Shown: piece after piece, positions 1 through 6,722 of the stretch | Layout: every line of letters begins with the position of its first letter | How positions within the stretch are numbered: position 1 is the first letter of the stretch | NCBI GenBank assembly: GCA_042219045.1 | Contig: JBDGQO010000066.1 | Location: forward strand, 1 to 16,366 | DNA length: 16,366 nucleotides | Direction: 5' to 3' | Origin: Candidatus Bipolaricaulia bacterium | GTDB taxonomy: Bacteria > Bipolaricaulota > Bipolaricaulia > RBG-16-55-9 | Notes under the pieces: generated by a model | Seen by the model: only the letters and a program-made list of their open reading frames with translations | Told to the model about the DNA's origin: nothing | Database searches by the model: none | Made by a program: the position numbers and the translations under genes

Positions 1-85
1 GCACCCTCCGGTCCGACTGGTCCACGCTCGGCACGTTGGGATGGGCCCGGTATTCAGGGCTGTCTTGATCCATCTCGGCCATCAT
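1..85 (-). CDS. 5' fragment (28 codons, runs off window) of a probable GcvT/DmdA-like THF-dependent aminomethyltransferase/demethylase
   Basis: Not in the ORF track. The minus strand reads GGGGAGGAG-tca-ATG ATG GCC GAG..., giving MMAEMDQDSPEYRAHPNVPSVDQSDRRV; the start is 85 or 82. From memory, HPNxPSVDQSDR resembles the N-terminus of haloarchaeal-type aminomethyltransferase-family proteins. The SD and upstream promoter support a real gene; the product call rests on 28 aa plus context. Confidence 0.6.
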   Translation of the reverse strand, partial: MMAEMDQDSPEYRAHPNVPSVDQSDRRV

Positions 86-365
86 TGACTCCTCCCCTCA
101 TGGTTGAGTGAGATCAGGGCCGTCGTGCGGCTCGGCCCAACGATCATGCAAGCATCCGCCAAGACCACGGCGAATGGCAACTGGCGGATGCGCCTCCGGT
201 CGAACGGCGCGTTTGTGGCGGCTACTCGGCCCATGTCCGTCGGGATTGCTCGCTCCCATTCCCGGCACCAAGACGTTGTCCCCTCGGCCCTAACGAACGG
301 ACTCTGATGACTTGCCCAAAGCGTGCGTTCACTGGGCCATTTTGCCATGGAGATGGGCCGAGATT
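86..365 (-). ncRNA. candidate structured cis-regulatory leader RNA (unassigned class)
   Basis: Two perfect 10-bp inverted repeats (225-234/353-362 and 152-161/182-191), several nested helices and an SD-occluding hairpin; see findings. Confidence 0.45.
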
Positions 366-371
366 AGAACA

Positions 372-400
372 ACTATACACCGATGTTGCAACGGCGTCAA
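372..400 (-). promoter_or_regulatory. sigma70-type promoter for the leftward gene
   Basis: Minus strand TTGACG (400-395), 17-nt spacer, TATAGT (377-372). Predicted start near 365, implying a ~280-nt leader. Confidence 0.75.
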
Positions 401-419
401 GAGGACCAATGTCGCCCAT

Positions 420-448
420 TTGACAAAGCCATATTGTCATTATATATT
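420..448 (+). promoter_or_regulatory. sigma70-type promoter for gntR, possibly also the downstream dehydrogenase-etf genes
   Basis: TTGACA (420-425), 17-nt spacer, TATATT (443-448); near-perfect consensus. Confidence 0.8.
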
Positions 449-469
449 GGTTGGCCGTGACCCGTCACG
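421..469. promoter_or_regulatory. candidate operators: TGACAA-N7-TTGTCA (421-439) and CGTGAC-cc-GTCACG (456-469)
   Basis: Two dyads sharing a TGAC/GTCA core; one overlaps the -35/spacer, the other the predicted transcription start of gntR. Confidence 0.45.
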
Positions 470-474
470 ACAGC

Positions 475-1107
475 ATGACGTTGAACCGGAATAACGACAA
501 ACATCAGGTCTACAGCGAATTGAAGCGACGGATCGTGCTCATCGAGTACGAGCCCGGCGAGGTGTTGCGCGAAAAGGACCTCATCGAGGAGTTCGGCGTC
601 AGCCGCACGCCCATTCGCGAGGCGCTCATCCGCTTGGAAACCGAAGGCCTGGTGCGCATCATCCCCAGCAGCAGCACGATGGTCACCGAGGTCAGCTTCC
701 AGAACCTCAAGGACGTTTTCGAGGTGCGCTCCTATCTGATCCGGCTGGCCGGCGAGCTGGCCGCCTCCCGCATCACCGAGGACGAACTGGCGTCCCTACG
801 TCGCGATGTGGAGGCCATGGAGACCGAATCGGACCCTAAGCGACTCATGGAGCTCGACTTGGCGTTCCACGACCAGCTCAACCGCGCCACCAAGAACGAC
901 GTCCTCGCGAACATGCTGGAGATGCTGCGCAACCAATCCGTGCGCATCTGGGTCTTTTCACGCGAGATGGACGACTATTACGACCAGTTGGCCGAGGAAC
1001 ATGCCGCGCTGCTCCAGTCGTTAACCGACCGCGACGCCGCGGCGAGTGCGGACCTGCTGGAGAAGCACACAAAACGGTTTATCGAGCACATTCGCCAACA
1101 GCTGTAG
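475..1107 (+). CDS. GntR-family transcriptional regulator (wHTH + FCD domain)
   Basis: wHTH motif PGEVLREKDLIEEFGVSRTPIREALIRLETEGLV; FCD motifs DLAFHDQL and EEHAALL. ATG at 475 is preferred because the track's TTG at 451 lies upstream of the predicted transcription start. Confidence 0.95.
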   Translation: MTLNRNNDKHQVYSELKRRIVLIEYEPGEVLREKDLIEEFGVSRTPIREALIRLETEGLVRIIPSSSTMVTEVSFQNLKDVFEVRSYLIRLAGELAASRITEDELASLRRDVEAMETESDPKRLMELDLAFHDQLNRATKNDVLANMLEMLRNQSVRIWVFSREMDDYYDQLAEEHAALLQSLTDRDAAASADLLEKHTKRFIEHIRQQL

Positions 1108-1265
1108 GGCCATCGTCGACTTGCGATCGACGGCTCGAAACGGAGGAACGCGCGAGCGGACCGCCCACCGCAATCGGAGCGTAAGCCCCCTTACCGAATG
1201 CTGAACGCGAGTTGCGGTAATCAGGGGACGCAGACGGAGGCCAATTACGCCAAAGGAGGGACCGC

Positions 1266-3782
1266 ATGGCAGATCTGCCGAGCCACGCGAACGTCGTGAT
1301 CATCGGCGCCGGGATCGTCGGCAACAGCGTGGCCTACCACCTGACCGAGATGGGCTGGCGCGACATGGTGATGATCGACAAGGGACCGCTGCCCAACCCC
1401 GGCGGCTCCACGGGCCACGCGTCCAACTTCCTCTTCTGTGTCGATCACGACAAGATCGGCACGGAGATGTCGGTGGACAGTCAGCAGCAGTATGAGGCCA
1501 TGGGCGTCAACCGCACCTGCGGAGGCTTCGAGCTCGCCCGCACCGACGAGCGCGTCGAGGAGCTCAAGCGCCGCGTCCAGTCTGCCAAGGCCTGGGGCGT
1601 GGACGCCGAGCTCGTGGGCCCCAAGGACGTGAAGTCGAAGTTCCCGTGGATCAACGAGAAGGTCGTCAAGGCCGGCTTCTGGTCCCCGACCGTCAGCGTC
1701 GTCGACTCGCTGCAGGCCGGCACGCAGATGCGCGAGCACGCCGTCAATCAGGGGGCGATGCAGACGTTCCCGAACACCGAAGTGACGGGCATGACGACCG
1801 AGAACGGACGCATCCAGAGCGTGGAGACCTCGCGCGGCACCGTCAACGCGGAATACGTTCTGATTTGCTGCGGCGTCTGGAGCCCCGAACTGGCGGAAAT
1901 GGCCGGGGCGCGCATCCCGCTCGAACCCGTCGTCCACCAGATGATCGACGCCGGACCGATTCCCCAGTTCGAGGACGCGGAGGGCGAGATCGAGTATCCC
2001 ATTCTGCGGGACATGAGCACGCTCATGTACGAGCGCCAGGCCGGCAACAACCTGGAGATCGGCTCCTACGCCCACCGACCGCTGCTGCACGATCCGGAGG
2101 ACATTCCCTCCATTGACGAAGCCAAGCTGAGCCCCACGGAGATGCCCTTCTCCCACGAGGACTTCGAGCCCCAAATGGAGGACGCGCTCCAGCTGCTGCC
2201 GGACATGCTCGATCACGACAGCGTGGAGATCCAGTACGCCATCGACGGGCTCATCTCCATGGCGCCGGACGGCGGCCTGCTCATCGGGGAGCTGCCGGAG
2301 GTCAAGGGCCTTTGGACGGGCTCGGCCATCTGGATCAAGGAAGGGCCGGTCACGGGCAAGATCCTCGCCCAGTGGATGACCGAGGGCACGCCGGAGTGGG
2401 ACCCGGAAGGCTTCGACGTGGCGCGCTTCTATCCCTACGCGCGGACTCGCGATCACGTGCGCAAGCGGGCCTACGAGGGCTTCCCGAAGATCTACGGCAT
2501 CGTCCATCCCCAGGAGCAGTGGCTCAGCTCGCGGCCGCGGCGCGTCAGCCCGTTCTACGATCAGACGAAGGACCTCGACGCCGTCTTCTTCGAGGCGGCC
2601 GGCTGGGAGCGCCCGCACTGGTACGAGTCGAATCGGGATCTGCTCAAGGAATACGAAACCCAGATCTCGGATCGTTGGAACGAGTGGGACGCGCGTTGGT
2701 GGTCGCCCATCATCAACGCCGAGCACTTGGCGATGCGCGACCGCGTGGCGATGATCGACTTGAGCGCGTTCGCCATCTTCGACGTCACGGGGCCGGGCGC
2801 GCTGGACGGGCTGCAGAACATCGCCCTGGCGCAGATGGACAAGCCTGTCGGGAAAGCGATGTACACCTCGTTCCTCGACCACAAGGGCGGCATCAAGGCC
2901 GATTTGACCATCATGCGCCGCGGCGAGACGGACTTCCGCGTCATCAGCGGCGGTGCTGTGGGCAGCATGGACAAGAAGTGGCTGCTCGACCATCTTCCGG
3001 ACTCGGCGCAACTGCACGATCGCACGAACGAGTTTGCGACGATCGGGCTTTGGGGCCCCCACGCCCGCGACGTGCTCGGCCAGCTGACCGAGGACGACAT
3101 CTCCCATGAGGGGTTTCCGTTCGCGACCTGTCAAGACATCACGGTCGCGGGCATCCCCGTCTGGGCCCTGCGCATCTCGTATGTCGGCGAGCTCGGTTGG
3201 GAGTTGCACGTTTCCATGGACAAGGGTCGCCAACTCTGGGAAGCGCTCTGGGCGGCCGGCCAGCCGTATGGGGTCGTCCCGGCGGGCATCGGCGTCTACG
3301 GCACGACGGCCCGGTTGGAGAAGGGCTATCGGCTGCAGGGCCACGAGCTGGAGCTCGACTACAACCCCGTCGAGGCCGGCATCGCCTATCCCAAGGTCAA
3401 AAAGCAGGACTTCATCGGCAAGGACGCCTATCTGGCCGCCCGCGAGGAGGAGCCGCCGACGGCGACGATGTGCACCCTCACCGTGGAAGACCACCGCGAG
3501 GGCCACTCCGGGATCGAACGCTACATGCAGGGCGACGAGCCGATCTTGACCACCAATGGCGAGCGGATCGTCGACGGCAAGGGCCGCCCGTCGCACGTCA
3601 CGACCGCCGGCATGGGGCCGTCGGTTGGTAAGTATCTCTTGATGGGCTATCTGCCGCCCGAGTACGCCAAAGAGGGCCAGGATCTCGTTGTGGAGTACTT
3701 CGGCGAGCACTATCCGGTAAACGTCGCCGTGGCCGGGCCGACGCCGCTGTTCGACCCGGACAACTCGCGAATGAAGGCGTAA
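1266..3782 (+). CDS. GcvT-family FAD-dependent oxidoreductase, dimethylglycine oxidase/dehydrogenase-like (838 aa)
   Basis: IIGAGIVG Rossmann motif; GSTGHAS covalent-FAD His motif; VHQM and GSYAHRP matching the DMGO His/Tyr region; GWERPHWY; C-terminal folate-binding GcvT domain (GGIKADLTI, RISYVGELGWELH, RLEKGYR); SD AAGGAGG at 1253-1259. Confidence 0.92.
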   Translation: MADLPSHANVVIIGAGIVGNSVAYHLTEMGWRDMVMIDKGPLPNPGGSTGHASNFLFCVDHDKIGTEMSVDSQQQYEAMGVNRTCGGFELARTDERVEELKRRVQSAKAWGVDAELVGPKDVKSKFPWINEKVVKAGFWSPTVSVVDSLQAGTQMREHAVNQGAMQTFPNTEVTGMTTENGRIQSVETSRGTVNAEYVLICCGVWSPELAEMAGARIPLEPVVHQMIDAGPIPQFEDAEGEIEYPILRDMSTLMYERQAGNNLEIGSYAHRPLLHDPEDIPSIDEAKLSPTEMPFSHEDFEPQMEDALQLLPDMLDHDSVEIQYAIDGLISMAPDGGLLIGELPEVKGLWTGSAIWIKEGPVTGKILAQWMTEGTPEWDPEGFDVARFYPYARTRDHVRKRAYEGFPKIYGIVHPQEQWLSSRPRRVSPFYDQTKDLDAVFFEAAGWERPHWYESNRDLLKEYETQISDRWNEWDARWWSPIINAEHLAMRDRVAMIDLSAFAIFDVTGPGALDGLQNIALAQMDKPVGKAMYTSFLDHKGGIKADLTIMRRGETDFRVISGGAVGSMDKKWLLDHLPDSAQLHDRTNEFATIGLWGPHARDVLGQLTEDDISHEGFPFATCQDITVAGIPVWALRISYVGELGWELHVSMDKGRQLWEALWAAGQPYGVVPAGIGVYGTTARLEKGYRLQGHELELDYNPVEAGIAYPKVKKQDFIGKDAYLAAREEEPPTATMCTLTVEDHREGHSGIERYMQGDEPILTTNGERIVDGKGRPSHVTTAGMGPSVGKYLLMGYLPPEYAKEGQDLVVEYFGEHYPVNVAVAGPTPLFDPDNSRMKA

Positions 3783-3795
3783 CGGGGAGGAACTC

Positions 3796-4557
3796 ATGAA
3801 CGTTCTGGTCTGCGTGAAGCGCGTGCCGGACACGGGCTCGAAAATCGTGCTCACCGACGACGAGCAACGGATCAACACGCGCAACCTCGGCTTCACCATC
3901 AGCCCGCACGAGGAGTGTGCCGTCGAAGAGGCGGTTCAGCTGATCGAAGCCCACGGGGGGGCCTCGACGGTGTTGACGCTCGGCCCCTCGGACGCCGAGG
4001 AACAGTTGCGCGAGTCGCTGGCCAAGGGCATCGACGAGGCGGTCTTGCTGGAGACCGACGAAGAGTGGGACCCGCAGGCGACCGCTCGCGCGATCACCGA
4101 CGCCGTCCAGCAGCGGGAGGCGGACGGCGAGCCGATCGATCTGGTTCTCTTCGGGAACGAGGCCTCCGACACGGCCGACTATCAGGTCCCCGTTCGGGTG
4201 GCCAAGGCGCTCGATCGGCCGTGCGCCACGTCCATCAAGGCGCTCGAGGTCCGCGACGGCACCGTCCGCGCCAAGCGCGAGCTCGGCGCGGATTGGGAGG
4301 TCTACGAGCTCGACACGCCCGCGGTATTGGCGGTCATGGAAGGGCTGAACCTCCCGCGGCATCCGTCGCTGCGCGGCACGATGACGGCAAAGAAGAAGCC
4401 GGTCGATCGGCAACAGCCTCGGCCGAGCGAAGCCAAGCTCGAGAGGGTGCGATTGAAACACCCGCCGGAAGAGGGCGGCCAGGTGGAGATCCTTGGCCAG
4501 GGCGCGGACGCGGCGCCCAAGGTCGTGGAGATCCTGCACCAACTGGAGGTGCTCTGA
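3796..4557 (+). CDS. etfB: electron transfer flavoprotein beta subunit
   Basis: MNVLVCVKRVPD N-terminus, AVEEAVQL, DLVLFGNEASD, NLPRHPSLRGTMTAKKKP; SD GGAGG upstream. Confidence 0.96.
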   Translation: MNVLVCVKRVPDTGSKIVLTDDEQRINTRNLGFTISPHEECAVEEAVQLIEAHGGASTVLTLGPSDAEEQLRESLAKGIDEAVLLETDEEWDPQATARAITDAVQQREADGEPIDLVLFGNEASDTADYQVPVRVAKALDRPCATSIKALEVRDGTVRAKRELGADWEVYELDTPAVLAVMEGLNLPRHPSLRGTMTAKKKPVDRQQPRPSEAKLERVRLKHPPEEGGQVEILGQGADAAPKVVEILHQLEVL

Positions 4558-4558
4558 G

Positions 4559-5530
4559 ATGGTCCTCACGTTCATCGACCACGCTGACGGGGCCCCGAAC
4601 GAGGCGTCGCTGCAGACGCTGACGCTGGCGCGCAACCTTGCGCATCAGTTGGGCACGAACCTCCACGCAGTGGCCACCGGCAGTGGCGCTGAACGCGTCG
4701 GTGAGGCGGTCGCCTCCTATGGCGTGGCGACCGTCCATCACGTCGCAGACGAGCGATTGGAGACTTATGCGCCGGAAGCCTGGGGATCGTCGGTGGCCCA
4801 GGTCGCGAGCGCGAACGGCCCCGAGGCCGTGCTCGCGCCGGGCACCGAGCGCGGTCAAGAGGTGCTCGCTCATGCGGCCGCTGAGTTGGATCAGCCCATG
4901 GCGGCCAACTGCATCGAGGTCACCCCGGGCGAGCCGTTCCAGGTCGTGCGGCACCAGTGGGGCAGCTCGCTGTTGGAGGAGGCGCGCCTCAAGGGCGATC
5001 CGCCCATGCTGAGCGTCCCACCGCATGCGCTGAGCGCTCAAGCGGCCGACGCGCCCGGCGAGGCCCAAGTGCAGACGTTCGAGCCGACCATTGAGGACCG
5101 CCACCTCCGCGTCCGCGTCACCGACGTGGAGACGACCGACACGGAGGGGGTCTCGCTCAAGGAAGCCGAGGTCGTGATCGGGGGCGGCCGCGGCGTCGGC
5201 GGCGAAGACGGGTTTGAAATCCTCGAAGAGTTGGCCCGTGAGCTCGGCGGCGCCGTCGGCGGCTCGCGCGTGGCAACCAACAACGGCTGGCGCCCGCACG
5301 ACGATCAGATCGGCCTCACGGGCAACAAGATCGCGCCCCAGATCTACATCGCGTGTGGCATCAGCGGCGCCGTGCAGCACATGGTCGGCTGCAAGGGCGC
5401 CAAGCACGTCTTGGCCATCAACACCGACGACGAATCGACGATGGTGCAGAAAGCGGACTGGGCAGTCTTGGGCGACCTGCACGAGATCATCCCCGCGATC
5501 ACCGAGGAAGTCCGGAAGGCGAAGTCCTGA
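4559..5530 (+). CDS. etfA: electron transfer flavoprotein alpha subunit
   Basis: VVIGGGRGVGG, GAVGGSRVA, QIGLTG, YIACGISGAVQHMVG, AINTD motifs. ATG at 4559 sits 1 nt after the etfB stop (TGA-G-ATG), with GGAGG inside the etfB 3' end; the track's 4493 start overextends. Confidence 0.96.
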   Translation: MVLTFIDHADGAPNEASLQTLTLARNLAHQLGTNLHAVATGSGAERVGEAVASYGVATVHHVADERLETYAPEAWGSSVAQVASANGPEAVLAPGTERGQEVLAHAAAELDQPMAANCIEVTPGEPFQVVRHQWGSSLLEEARLKGDPPMLSVPPHALSAQAADAPGEAQVQTFEPTIEDRHLRVRVTDVETTDTEGVSLKEAEVVIGGGRGVGGEDGFEILEELARELGGAVGGSRVATNNGWRPHDDQIGLTGNKIAPQIYIACGISGAVQHMVGCKGAKHVLAINTDDESTMVQKADWAVLGDLHEIIPAITEEVRKAKS

Positions 5531-6686
5531 CAGCTTTAGATTCGTTACTCGAGCTGGCGCGGGTGTCGGTCGCTCCGGCCAACACCCGCGCTTTGATCCG
5601 ACACTCCTCGTACTCCTCGGCCGGATCCGAGTCCCAGACGATGCCGCCCCCGACGCCGTACTCGGCGCGTCCAGCCACGAGATCGACAACGGGCGTCCGG
5701 ATCGCGACGTTGAATTGGGCGCGGCGGCCGGGCGCGAGGTAGCCGATCGCGCCCGTGTAGACGCCGCGAGGGTCGGCCTCCATCTGCGAGATGAGCTCCA
5801 TGGTCCGCGCCTTGGGCGCGCCCGTGATCGAGGCGCACGGGAAAAGCGCGTCCAGGATGGCCTCAAACGACGCGTCGGTTTGCGATTCGACCGTCGAGGT
5901 CATCTGCAACACCGTCGGATAGGGCTCGATCTCAAACAGCTGCGGAACGCGGACGGAGCCGGCTTCGGCAATCTTGCCCATGTCGTTCCGGATCATGTCG
6001 ACGATCATGGCGTTCTCCGCCCGGTTCTTGACCGACTGTTGGAGCCAGTCGGCGTTCAAGCGGTCCTCCGACGGCGCCTCGCCACGCGGCGCGGTCCCCT
6101 TCATCGGCTTCGACCGCAGCGTCGCCGCGTCCATCTCGAAGAACAGCTCCGGCGAGGCGGAACAGAGCGCGTGCCGATCCGTCTCCACGTAGGCCGCGTA
6201 GGGGGCGTTCTGGCCGCTCTCGAGCGAGCGGAAGAACGTCCAGGGGTTGCCATTGAAGTTGGCGCGCAGCCGCATGGTGTAGTTCACCTGATAGGTGTTG
6301 CCTCGGGCAATGTGGGTCTTCACGTCCTCGATGGCCCGTCGGTAAGTCGGCCACTCGATCGACGGGGTCCAATGGACGGGCCGCTCATCGCGATCGGGAG
6401 CGGTCAGCTCGGACGCGACCTCAGCGTCGTCGAACAGCCCGAACCAGACGAGCGGCACGTCGGGTCGGCCACGGACGCTGAGGGCCGGATCGAACGCGGG
6501 CGCGGCCTCGTAGGCGACGAAGCCGGCGGCCGTGTAGCCGTAGGTGTCGACCGCTCGCTCGACCTCGCGCAACGCCGCTCGAACGGCGCCGGGCTCACGG
6601 GCCTGGACGACGACCCTCGGCCGCCGGAAGCTGAGCCAGGCCGATCGATGCGGGTCGTAAAGCGCGACGGTCGGTCGAAACCCCAT
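5499..6686 (-). CDS. pabB: aminodeoxychorismate synthase component I (chorismate-binding MST family)
   Basis: GFVAYEAA, YQVNYT, SASPELFF, PMKGTAPR, KNRAENAMIVDMIRNDMG, LFPCASITGAPK, RGVYTGAIG, GVGGGIVWDS; SD GGAGG upstream. Confidence 0.9.
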   Translation of the reverse strand: MGFRPTVALYDPHRSAWLSFRRPRVVVQAREPGAVRAALREVERAVDTYGYTAAGFVAYEAAPAFDPALSVRGRPDVPLVWFGLFDDAEVASELTAPDRDERPVHWTPSIEWPTYRRAIEDVKTHIARGNTYQVNYTMRLRANFNGNPWTFFRSLESGQNAPYAAYVETDRHALCSASPELFFEMDAATLRSKPMKGTAPRGEAPSEDRLNADWLQQSVKNRAENAMIVDMIRNDMGKIAEAGSVRVPQLFEIEPYPTVLQMTSTVESQTDASFEAILDALFPCASITGAPKARTMELISQMEADPRGVYTGAIGYLAPGRRAQFNVAIRTPVVDLVAGRAEYGVGGGIVWDSDPAEEYEECRIKARVLAGATDTRASSSNESKAVRTSPSGLPR

Positions 6687-6722
6687 GGGCCTCCGTGTGT
6701 CCGGCCTTGGCCGCCCGATGGG

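Noticed and set aside
225..312. Assignment of the left leader to SAM-I or THF riboswitch classes
   Set aside because: Only scattered words match; the canonical SAM-I P2 kink-turn/pseudoknot and P3 pairing, and the THF pseudoknot, cannot be built by eye.
82..348. 88-aa minus-strand ORF whose stop overlaps the downstream ATG (ATGA)
   Set aside because: No SD, no recognisable composition, and it spans a region better explained as structured RNA; a translated uORF is not fully excluded.
1245..3899. 884-aa minus-strand ORF
   Set aside because: Antisense shadow of the dehydrogenase caused by high-GC codon bias; no recognisable motifs.
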